Origin: Thermodesulfobacteriota bacterium | Lineage (GTDB): Bacteria; Desulfobacterota; Desulfarculia; JACQYL01 | Reading direction: 5' to 3' | NCBI GenBank assembly: GCA_963675595.2 | Contig: CAXXLZ010000002.1 | Location: 2,464,001-2,528,000 of the forward strand | Length of the DNA: 64,000 nt | Translations under genes and position numbers: made by a program | Notes under the pieces: generated by a model | Database searches by the model: none | Seen by the model: the letters and a program-made list of their open reading frames with translations, nothing else | Told to the model about the DNA's origin: nothing | Shown: positions 10,297 to 18,221 of the stretch, piece after piece | How the letters are laid out: the number at the start of each line of letters is the position of its first letter | Position numbering within the stretch: the first letter of the stretch is position 1

Positions 10297-11385
10297 ATGG
10301 TAGCAACGAAAGTAACAGAATTGGCCAAGTTTTTGGAGCTGGATATCGACCGTGATTTCCACGTCGGGATCGACGTACACAAAAAGAGCTACCACGTGGC
10401 CGTGCTTCGCAGCGACGGCGAGGTGAAGACTTTTGTGTCCTCGGCCTCTCCGGAGGCCATCGTGGCCATGTTGCTCCCCCACTTGAGGCGCATCCGAGCC
10501 GTAGCCTACGAAGCGGGGCCCACCGGCTTCGGCCTTGCGCGCACTTTGGCCAAAGCCGGGTTCAGCGTGATCGTGGTGGCGCCGAGTCGGGTCCCTAGGC
10601 CGGTGACTGCGGGGGCCAAGACCGACCGCCTGGATTGCATGCGGTTGGCGGACCATGCCGCCCGAGGGATATTGAAGTCCATCGCCGTTCCCACGGAGGA
10701 AGAGGAGGCCGAACGCAGCGTAATTCGCCGTCGGCACGATCTGGCCGACGGCACTCGACGCGTTAAGCAGAGAATTCAATCCCTTCTGCTGTTTCACGGT
10801 GTGGAGGCGCCTCCCGGGCTCAATCATTGGGGCCGAAGCGCTGTGGCGCAACTTCGAAAGCTTCGTCTGCCGAAGGAGGCCAAAGCGACGCTGCTCAGCT
10901 TGCTCCGTGAGTTGAATTTCCTCACAAAGGAAAAAGCCTTCATGGAGGAAAGGACTTCCAGTGTGTGCGAGAAACCTGAACACTTTGAGGAAATGCGATG
11001 CCTTCGAAGCGTCCCCGGGGTGGGTCCCATCACAGCGGCTACCTTCCTCCTGGAATTGTTTCGCCCGAGTCGGTTCCATCGGGTGGAGGAAGTGACCAGC
11101 TATCTGGGACTCGCACCGTTGGTAAGACAAAGCGGAGAGCGGAAATCTCGAGTGGCGCTTCCTCCCGTGGGTCAGACGCGACTGCGGAGTCTGTTGGTGG
11201 AGGCGGCCTGGACGTGGAAGTCCAGGGATCCGGCCATTGATTCGCATTATCGAAAACTCCTGTCGCGAACGGGCCTTCCACAAAAGGCCATTTGTGCGTT
11301 GGCACGGAAACTGGCCGTTGTTCTATGGCGATTGACCATGGAAAAACGGACCTATGAATTTCGTCTCCAAGCGGACCAAGCATGA
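10297..11385 (+). CDS. IS110-family DEDD recombinase/transposase
   Basis: VGIDVHK, YEAGPTG and KTDRLD (D-E-D-D); VPGVGPITA and RQSG catalytic Ser region; AAGGAG RBS. Confidence 0.95.
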   Translation: MVATKVTELAKFLELDIDRDFHVGIDVHKKSYHVAVLRSDGEVKTFVSSASPEAIVAMLLPHLRRIRAVAYEAGPTGFGLARTLAKAGFSVIVVAPSRVPRPVTAGAKTDRLDCMRLADHAARGILKSIAVPTEEEEAERSVIRRRHDLADGTRRVKQRIQSLLLFHGVEAPPGLNHWGRSAVAQLRKLRLPKEAKATLLSLLRELNFLTKEKAFMEERTSSVCEKPEHFEEMRCLRSVPGVGPITAATFLLELFRPSRFHRVEEVTSYLGLAPLVRQSGERKSRVALPPVGQTRLRSLLVEAAWTWKSRDPAIDSHYRKLLSRTGLPQKAICALARKLAVVLWRLTMEKRTYEFRLQADQA

Positions 11386-11600
11386 GCCGGTTAGGACTTG
11401 TTTAGGAGAACCCAACCGGCTCGGGACCCATACTTGAGGTGGGTCCCGAGCCTCAAGCCGGGAGAAAAAAGCGGAGACGGCCGCGATAAAGTTTGGCTGC
11501 ATCGGTAGCGCTGGGGAAATGGCGGCATCTTCGCTTCTACATCGCATGTGTACTTGGCGCTTCGGGCGCGAATAGGAAACGGTTATCCAATTCCGGCTTG
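11386..11600 (+). ncRNA. Putative bridge/seek RNA of IS copy 1
   Basis: Structured 3' NCR with internal loops carrying CTGGGGAAA/AAAGTTT (target match) and ATAGGAAA/CATGTGTACTT (donor match); transcript boundaries unknown. Confidence 0.75.
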
Positions 11601-11620
11601 ACTTGAGGCCACATAGGAAA

Positions 11621-11690
11621 CTTTCGAGAAAGTTACCCCCAGTCCCCTTTCCAAGCTCTTCAAGAACGCCTCACCGCCTTCGGCGGAGAG
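11621..11690 (+). repeat. Right part of REP family A copy interrupted by IS copy 1 (left part 10221-10230)
   Basis: Removing the IS gives the hairpin CTGGGGGAAACTTTC-GA-GAAAGTTACCCCCAG followed by ...CCTCACCGCCTTCGGCGGA. Confidence 0.85.
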
Positions 11691-11718
11691 GAGAGAGATA
11701 AGCAGGCCTTGGGCGCTA

Positions 11719-11979
11719 TTATAGCTTTTGCAGCAAAAATTCCTCCATCTTGCTTTTATTAATGGCGATACGAGGGGGCACCCATTCGTTATTCAAAAAG
11801 ACATTTGTCGAACCTTTGAATTTATGGGCATGCGGTTTGGCCTCTTCCGAATCGAGAGTGTATATCTTCACGTCCAGTCTTCCCTCGAATTTTTCCCGCA
11901 TGTCTTCGGCTACACCTATAGCCCTTCCGCATGCGATTCAACGGGCATTGCCGCTGTGAAACACGATCAACTCAGCCAT
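11719..11979 (-). CDS. Small thioredoxin-like selenoprotein (UxxC), 86 aa, in-frame TGA at 11940-11938
   Basis: AAGGAGG RBS then MAELIVFHSGNAR-TGA-IACGRAIGVAEDMREKF...; SECIS-like hairpin immediately 3' of the UGA. Confidence 0.8.
11897..11935 (-). promoter_or_regulatory. Bacterial SECIS-like hairpin
   Basis: mRNA CGCAUG...GGCUAU-AGGU-GUAGCC...CAUGCG; apical stem begins 14 nt after UGA. Confidence 0.7.
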
Positions 11980-12111
11980 TTTCCGTTCCTCCTTATTTCC
12001 GGTTCGGTAGCTGTTGGAGGTCGAATGGATTCACTGTATTCTTCCTTGTTCATAGCACGTCCGGCCGACATTTTCCTGCGAGTTGATTTGACCACCGCTC
12101 TATAGAGATTC

Positions 12112-12189
12112 ACTGTGGGAAACTTTCGGGAACGTTTCCCACAGTTCCTCTTCCAAGCTCTTCAAGAAGGCCTCACCGCCTTCGGCGGA
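12112..12189 (+). repeat. REP family A, empty (uninserted) copy
   Basis: ACTGTGGGAAACTTTCGGGAACGTTTCCCACAGT...TTCCAAGCTCTTCAAGAAGGCCTCACCGCCTTCGGCGGA; near-identical to the IS-flanking sequence. Confidence 0.85.
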
Positions 12190-12237
12190 ATGAAATGCGG
12201 CTTGTGCGCCGAAAAACCATCCAGAGGGATCGGTCGG

Positions 12238-12987
12238 CTAAACGATGCCGCCGTTCACATAGATTGTCTGGCCGTTCACCCAGCCGGCATCCGGACCGAC
12301 CAGAAACGCCACGGCATCGGCGATGTCCTCAGGCCGACCGAGCCGCTCCAACGGCGGCATCTTGGCCAATTGTTCGACCTGTTCGTCCGTTTTGTTTTTC
12401 AGAAAAAGGTCGGTTGCCGTTGGTCCGGGTGCGACGGCGTTCACCGTAACGTTTCGGCCGCGCAATTCCTTGGCGAAGATATTCGTCAGCGTCGCCACGG
12501 CGGATTTCGTGGCCGCGTACACCGAATAGCCGGGCAAGCCGAGCTTGCGCACGCTGGAAGAAAGATTGACGATTCGCCCGCCGTCGCGCAGTTTTCCGGC
12601 TGCAACCCGCAGTGTGTTGAATGTGCCCTTGAAATTGACGGCGACAATTTTGTCGAAAAGCGCATCATCCGTATCGGCCAGAGAAATCAGGCCCGGCTGC
12701 ATGATTCCGGCGTTATTCACGAGAATATCAACACCGCCGAAAAGCGCGGCGGTTTGGTCGAACATGGCCGCCACCTGCCCGGGCACCGAAACATCGGCCT
12801 GGATCGCCACTGCTCGGCCTGGTCCGGCTTCGATCTCTCGCACTACGACATCGGCTGCATCGGCCCGACCCGCATAGTTTACAATTACGGCGATGCCGTC
12901 GGCGGCCAGACGTTTGGCAATGGCTGCGCCGATTCCGCGCGATGATCCTGTGACAATGGCCACTTTGGTTTCCGTTGAAGTCTTCAT
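12238..12987 (-). CDS. Short-chain dehydrogenase/reductase (SDR)
   Basis: TGSSRGIG, NNAG and YAATK motifs. Confidence 0.93.
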   Translation of the reverse strand: MKTSTETKVAIVTGSSRGIGAAIAKRLAADGIAVIVNYAGRADAADVVVREIEAGPGRAVAIQADVSVPGQVAAMFDQTAALFGGVDILVNNAGIMQPGLISLADTDDALFDKIVAVNFKGTFNTLRVAAGKLRDGGRIVNLSSSVRKLGLPGYSVYAATKSAVATLTNIFAKELRGRNVTVNAVAPGPTATDLFLKNKTDEQVEQLAKMPPLERLGRPEDIADAVAFLVGPDAGWVNGQTIYVNGGIV

Positions 12988-13096
12988 GGCAGCCTCCTTT
13001 GTTCTGTTTGAATGCTTTATACTTCACCGACAATATGGTACCGAGTTTTGAATTTCGGTAGACGCATAAACGGCATGACGGCTATACTGTTTTGGT

Positions 13097-14017
13097 ATGA
13101 CCGTATTCGACGACCTCTCTTTGGTTCGGGCTTTCGTCTGCATCGTGGAAAACGGCGGCATTTCCGCTGCGGCCCGCAAGCTCCGGCGAACTCAACCGAC
13201 GCTGAGCCGTTATTTGCGCACACTGGAAGATCGCTGCGGCACCGTATTGCTGTATCGGGATACGCACCGCATACGCCTCTCGTCCGCCGGCCATCAATTC
13301 TTGGAGGACGCGCGATCCCTCCTGGCATTGGCGGAAGAAGCCGAACAACGCCTGCGCAACGACCAGGCAACCCTTCAGGGTAATATCCGCCTGTTCGCGA
13401 CCATCGACTTCGGCCAAAGTGTCGTCAGCCGCATGATTACCGGTTTTATTCAGGCCAACCCCGCCGTAACCATCGACCTGGCTTATTCCAACCGCCCTTT
13501 GCATATGCTCGAAGAAGGATGCGATGTCGGCATCGTCGCGGGCGCCGTCACGGATGATACGGTTGTCGCATGCTCCATCGGCCCCATTAAACGCTATCTT
13601 GTCGCCTCTCCAGCGCTCCTGAGAACGCATAAAGCCGTTTCCAGCCCCATGGAACTTCAATCCTGGCCGTGGTTGACGTTGTCCGGCGCGCAATTCGGCG
13701 GTGGGCGGGAAGTAACGCTTTATTCGTCGGAACAAGAAGAACAGAAGTTGACCGTATCACCGGTCATGACATCCGAAGGTGTGAGCAGTCTGCGTGAAGC
13801 GGTACGTTTGGGGCTTGGGATCGCCGTTTTACCGGAATGGCTGATTGAGGAGGACATTGTTTCGGGCCGGCTTATCAGGGTTCTGCCTGAGTGGCGAAGC
13901 GGAAACCTACCGGCCCACATCGTTTACCCGGTGCAGCGACGCTTGCCGTCGCGCGTCCGAACTTTCATTGACTTTGCGACCGCTTATATGACCACGGTTT
14001 TGCAGTCAGGTAGGTGA
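13097..14017 (+). CDS. LysR-family transcriptional regulator (divergent from the SDR)
   Basis: N-terminal HTH (ISAAARKLRRTQPTLSR); CrgA-like substrate-binding domain. Confidence 0.93.
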   Translation: MTVFDDLSLVRAFVCIVENGGISAAARKLRRTQPTLSRYLRTLEDRCGTVLLYRDTHRIRLSSAGHQFLEDARSLLALAEEAEQRLRNDQATLQGNIRLFATIDFGQSVVSRMITGFIQANPAVTIDLAYSNRPLHMLEEGCDVGIVAGAVTDDTVVACSIGPIKRYLVASPALLRTHKAVSSPMELQSWPWLTLSGAQFGGGREVTLYSSEQEEQKLTVSPVMTSEGVSSLREAVRLGLGIAVLPEWLIEEDIVSGRLIRVLPEWRSGNLPAHIVYPVQRRLPSRVRTFIDFATAYMTTVLQSGR

Positions 14018-14293
14018 ATCCAACTGTTTCAAGACAAAGAAACCAAAAGAGGCCTGACCCTTTCGGCTTGGCTTGAAAAGAGGTTTGCAGCCCTTCAACG
14101 GAAGGAGTATTTATTAGGTAGATCTAGAGCAAGAGCCTCGTACCGGTTTGAAAGGAGTCACGGCGTGGGTTCCTTCGGTTTCGAGGCGGTTTCCGTCCCC
14201 ATGAGGACGGAGCCCATCCCGTGAGCTTCTTTGCCCATTCAGAAGAGGTAAGGAACGTTGGAAATGGGCGAGCAGCCCTTCTTTCCCCCCGGG

Positions 14294-14368
14294 CTCTCCG
14301 CTGAATGCGGTGAGGCCTGTCCAACGTGCAAGGTGGCTCGGGGGAGGACTTTCCCGAAAGTCCTCCCC
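14294..14368 (-). repeat. REP family A (GGAGGACTTT variant)
   Basis: GGTGAGGCCTGTCCAACGTGC...GGGGGAGGACTTTCCCGAAAGTCCTCCCC; same as 6612-6693. Confidence 0.8.
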
Positions 14369-14419
14369 TGTGAAGGATTCCCTCGTTTCGTCTTTGCTGC
14401 GTCCCTCCGGGAAGAAAGG

Positions 14420-16012
14420 ATGTGGAAAATGAGGATTCGGCTTGCGGTATTCGCTCTTGTCCTGATTTTCGCGGCTGTTCTCTGTTCCTGCGACTCCGGT
14501 ACCAAAACGGACGGCGTTCCCGGCGACAACAAGGTCCCGGCCTCCGTCCTAGCCCTGGCCTCCTCCGTGACCGAGGACCTGGAGGCCCGGGGGTACGAGG
14601 TGGTGCGAGGCTACATGCAGCTCTTCACCATGGACGATTGCGCCCTGGCCATCGCCAAGACGGGCCAGTGCTTCGGCAACAACCCCACCGGACCTTATGT
14701 CTTTCCCGTGGTTCCCGCCTGGTCCGAGGAATACATCGACCCCACCACCCTCAACGTCTTCGGGGAAAACGCGGACGGGTACCTGACCATTCGGCGCTTC
14801 GACCCGCGGGAAGCGACCCTGGTCTTCGGCGTCATGCCGCCGGCGGCCCGCTACTTCGGCTTGCAGACCTACCAGTACACCCGCGAGGGCACGGTGGATA
14901 CCGACAACGAGGTGTATCAGTTGGTGCTGAACACCTTCCCCTTCATGCTGGACCAGTTCTTCGGCCCCGCACCCAACGGGCGGCTCCTTTCTTTCGCCAG
15001 CATCAGCAACAACAATAACAACGCGGTGTTCGAGCGCCGGGCCGGCTCCTTTTTCGATCAAGTGCGGTTCTTCGTCGTCACTCCGGACCAGGCCATGGAC
15101 ACGGCCGTGCGCGCGGCCCTCGCCCGGGCCGAGGTTTCCGACAGCGACATCGTCACCGAATCCATCGCCTCTCCGGTAACCCTGGGCCTGGACAAGGAAG
15201 CGGACGACCTCATCACCGTGATACGCTACGCCCTGCCGGACGACGAGGAAGCCGGAGAGTTGTGGCGCCATGACCTTCCCCTGGTGGTATTACGCGTGCG
15301 GGACCGCGGCGACCGGGCTCCGGAACCCTGGCCCGCTTTCGAGCACCCCCAGGAACGCTTCGACACGAGCGAACTCTATCTTTCAACCGACTTGAATGCC
15401 TTGAACAACAACGTTCGTGCCGCCTGGGGCCTCGACCCGGCCCCCAGCCCGCCCGGCGTGGCCGACCGCATGCTGGACCTTCAACGGGCCTACCCCTTCG
15501 ATCTGGTGGGACCGGACTGCATCCGGAACACCATGAACTGCCTGGCCGACACCCAGGACACCTCCTATGCCGGCACCGCCAACGTGTATCTGGAAAACGA
15601 CGCCGGCGACCAGTTCCTTTATGCCGTTGTCGGCACCCTGGGCACGGAAACGGGGAACGCCACCTACACCAGCCTGTCCGTGTACCGGGCCGCCGTGGTC
15701 ATGGGCGTGGCCAACGTGGACGACGGACAACTGCTGCAATCCCAGTCCTACTTTCCTCAAGAGCCCAACTCTTTCAACAACCAGGACAAGTTCTACCTCT
15801 GGTACTTCGGCCGGACCTGCGCGGCCGCGCCCGAAGCAATCTGCACCGAGATCAACGAGGACCAGATTCCCTTGGGCGAACCCATGAAGTTGGCCCTCCG
15901 GAACTACATCCGGCCCGGCGATGTCCGGGGGCCCAACACCGATCCGCCCGACGATCCCAAAGGCGTCAGTCCCCTGCTGCCGGCCTGGGTCACCGCCATT
16001 CCCCTGCCCTGA
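14420..16012 (+). CDS. Hypothetical lipoprotein
   Basis: Signal peptide with LCSC lipobox; long GC3-rich ORF with several Cys. Confidence 0.75.
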   Translation: MWKMRIRLAVFALVLIFAAVLCSCDSGTKTDGVPGDNKVPASVLALASSVTEDLEARGYEVVRGYMQLFTMDDCALAIAKTGQCFGNNPTGPYVFPVVPAWSEEYIDPTTLNVFGENADGYLTIRRFDPREATLVFGVMPPAARYFGLQTYQYTREGTVDTDNEVYQLVLNTFPFMLDQFFGPAPNGRLLSFASISNNNNNAVFERRAGSFFDQVRFFVVTPDQAMDTAVRAALARAEVSDSDIVTESIASPVTLGLDKEADDLITVIRYALPDDEEAGELWRHDLPLVVLRVRDRGDRAPEPWPAFEHPQERFDTSELYLSTDLNALNNNVRAAWGLDPAPSPPGVADRMLDLQRAYPFDLVGPDCIRNTMNCLADTQDTSYAGTANVYLENDAGDQFLYAVVGTLGTETGNATYTSLSVYRAAVVMGVANVDDGQLLQSQSYFPQEPNSFNNQDKFYLWYFGRTCAAAPEAICTEINEDQIPLGEPMKLALRNYIRPGDVRGPNTDPPDDPKGVSPLLPAWVTAIPLP

Positions 16013-16104
16013 CGCGGTATGAAATGCCTCTGGGGAAATACCATGTTGGCCTCAGGTGCTCGATCGTTATGATGGAGCATCACCCAAACAGAAAGGAGAC
16101 CAAC

Positions 16105-17193
16105 ATGGTAGCAACGAAAGTAACAGAATTGGCCAAGTTTTTGGAGCTGGATATCGACCGTGATTTCCACGTCGGGATCGACGTACACAAAAAGAGCTAC
16201 CACGTGGCCGTGCTTCGCAGCGACGGCGAGGTGAAGACTTTTGTGTCCTCGGCCTCTCCGGAGGCCATCGTGGCCATGTTGCTCCCCCACTTGAGGCGCA
16301 TCCGAGCCGTAGCCTACGAAGCGGGGCCCACCGGCTTCGGCCTTGCGCGCACTTTGGCCAAAGCCGGGTTCAGCGTGATCGTGGTGGCGCCGAGTCGGGT
16401 CCCTAGGCCGGTGACTGCGGGGGCCAAGACCGACCGCCTGGATTGCATGCGGTTGGCGGACCATGCCGCCCGAGGGATATTGAAGTCCATCGCCGTTCCC
16501 ACGGAGGAAGAGGAGGCCGAACGCAGCGTAATTCGCCGTCGGCACGATCTGGCCGACGGCACTCGACGCGTTAAGCAGAGAATTCAATCCCTTCTGCTGT
16601 TTCACGGTGTGGAGGCGCCTCCCGGGCTCAATCATTGGGGCCGAAGCGCTGTGGCGCAACTTCGAAAGCTTCGTCTGCCGAAGGAGGCCAAAGCGACGCT
16701 GCTCAGCTTGCTCCGTGAGTTGAATTTCCTCACAAAGGAAAAAGCCTTCATGGAGGAAAGGACTTCCAGTGTGTGCGAGAAACCTGAACACTTTGAGGAA
16801 ATGCGATGCCTTCGAAGCGTCCCCGGGGTGGGTCCCATCACAGCGGCTACCTTCCTCCTGGAATTGTTTCGCCCGAGTCGGTTCCATCGGGTGGAGGAAG
16901 TGACCAGCTATCTGGGACTCGCACCGTTGGTAAGACAAAGCGGAGAGCGGAAATCTCGAGTGGCGCTTCCTCCCGTGGGTCAGACGCGACTGCGGAGTCT
17001 GTTGGTGGAGGCGGCCTGGACGTGGAAGTCCAGGGATCCGGCCATTGATTCGCATTATCGAAAACTCCTGTCGCGAACGGGCCTTCCACAAAAGGCCATT
17101 TGTGCGTTGGCACGGAAACTGGCCGTTGTTCTATGGCGATTGACCATGGAAAAACGGACCTATGAATTTCGTCTCCAAGCGGACCAAGCATGA
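16105..17193 (+). CDS. IS110-family DEDD recombinase/transposase
   Basis: Translation identical to 10297-11385. Confidence 0.95.
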   Translation: MVATKVTELAKFLELDIDRDFHVGIDVHKKSYHVAVLRSDGEVKTFVSSASPEAIVAMLLPHLRRIRAVAYEAGPTGFGLARTLAKAGFSVIVVAPSRVPRPVTAGAKTDRLDCMRLADHAARGILKSIAVPTEEEEAERSVIRRRHDLADGTRRVKQRIQSLLLFHGVEAPPGLNHWGRSAVAQLRKLRLPKEAKATLLSLLRELNFLTKEKAFMEERTSSVCEKPEHFEEMRCLRSVPGVGPITAATFLLELFRPSRFHRVEEVTSYLGLAPLVRQSGERKSRVALPPVGQTRLRSLLVEAAWTWKSRDPAIDSHYRKLLSRTGLPQKAICALARKLAVVLWRLTMEKRTYEFRLQADQA

Positions 17194-17408
17194 GCCGGTT
17201 AGGACTTGTTTAGGAGAACCCAACCGGCTCGGGACCCATACTTGAGGTGGGTCCCGAGCCTCAAGCCGGGAGAAAAAAGCGGAGACGGCCGCGATAAAGT
17301 TTGGCTGCATCGGTAGCGCTGGGGAAATGGCGGCATCTTCGCTTCTACATCGCATGTGTACTTGGCGCTTCGGGCGCGAATAGGAAACGGTTATCCAATT
17401 CCGGCTTG
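17194..17408 (+). ncRNA. Putative bridge/seek RNA of IS copy 2
   Basis: Same as 11386-11600 (AAAGTTT 17296-17302; CTGGGGAAA 17319-17327). Confidence 0.75.
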
Positions 17409-17428
17409 ACTTGAGGCCACATAGGAAA

Positions 17429-17497
17429 CTTTCGAGAAAGTCTCCCCCAGTCCCCTTCAAAGCTCTTCAAGAAGCCTCACCGCCTTCGGCGGAGAGG
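17429..17497 (+). repeat. Right part of REP family A copy interrupted by IS copy 2 (left part 16030-16038)
   Basis: CTTTCGAGAAAGTCTCCCCCAGTCCCCTTCAAAGCTCTTCAAGAAGCCTCACCGCCTTCGGCGGAGAGG. Confidence 0.85.
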
Positions 17498-17649
17498 GGG
17501 AAGAGGTGTGCGCCTTGCGTAGTAGAAATCCCGCGACTGCAGAAGGAGCACAAAAGGCATCGGGAGGACTCCGTGAACATGGATCCTGTTTCCGATAGAC
17601 ACTATAAGGTCGACGACGAAAGAGTCTTTCGCCCCCGATCCCCATCCCA

Positions 17650-17678
17650 TTGAATACCCCAGTCCGATTGTGTATCCT
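17650..17678 (+). promoter_or_regulatory. Possible sigma70 promoter of hicB
   Basis: TTGAAT-17 bp-TATCCT upstream of the GAGGAG RBS. Confidence 0.4.
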
Positions 17679-17728
17679 GAAATACCATCGTAACGCGGAA
17701 AAAATGGAATAAAGAGGAGTTTCTCGCC

Positions 17729-17941
17729 GTGAAGAACGAATACACCGCTGTGCTCAAACAGGAAGGTGGTTGGTGGCTGGGATGGATCGAGGAAGTCCCC
17801 GGGGTTAATTGCCGGGAGAAGACCTATGAAGAATTAAAGGAAACATTGGCGGTAACACTGAAGGAGGCCCTGGAGTTCAATCGGCAAGACGCCTTGTCCG
17901 CCGCCGGCACCGGCTACAGCGAAGAAAAAATCGCCGTATGA
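17729..17941 (+). CDS. hicB: HicB-family antitoxin (short)
   Basis: YTAVLKQEGGWWLGWIEEVPGVNC..T.EEL motif; stop overlaps the next ATG (ATGA). Confidence 0.85.
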   Translation: MKNEYTAVLKQEGGWWLGWIEEVPGVNCREKTYEELKETLAVTLKEALEFNRQDALSAAGTGYSEEKIAV

Positions 17942-18131
17942 GGGAAAGGGACTTCTCCAGTATCCGCACAGCCGAGGATGTACTCTCTTGAGGGAAGGGG
18001 CAAAGCATTCATGGTGGTGTAATCCCGCCCTGAATAAGCGCTCGGCGATCCCCCGACATTCCGAGATCGTAGACATCCTTGCAAACAAAATCTGCAAAGA
18101 CCTTGGTGTCCCGCCCGTCAAACAGCCATAA
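17938..18131 (+). pseudogene. hicA: HicA-family toxin, frameshifted near the start
   Basis: Frame from 17952 reads LLQYPHSRGCTLLREGAKHSWWCNPALNKRSAIPRHSEIVDILANKICKDLGVPPVK but is out of frame with ATG 17938 and has no in-frame start. Confidence 0.8.
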
Positions 18132-18221
18132 CGGCGGCATGTTTGAGGAAGGGGTTATGGGATGAAAGGGTGAAGAGGATTGCCCCCTTGGCGAAAAGAT
18201 GCAGTTCAAGTAAAGCCAAAA

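Larger units (their letters stand above)
10231..11620 (+). mobile_element. IS110-family insertion sequence, IS1111-type, copy 1
   Basis: Matches 16039-17428 (offset 5808); GGAAA core at both ends; subterminal imperfect IRs ATGTTGGCCTCAGGT / ACTTGAGGCCACAT; long 3' non-coding end. Confidence 0.92.
16039..17428 (+). mobile_element. IS110-family insertion sequence, IS1111-type, copy 2
   Basis: Same sequence and ends as copy 1; flanked by CTGGGGAAA and CTTTCGAGAAAGTCTCCCCCAG. Confidence 0.92.

Noticed and set aside
10105-11283. 392-aa minus-strand ORF (and its twin at 15904-17091)
   Set aside because: Antisense to the IS110 transposase; duplicated only because the IS is duplicated
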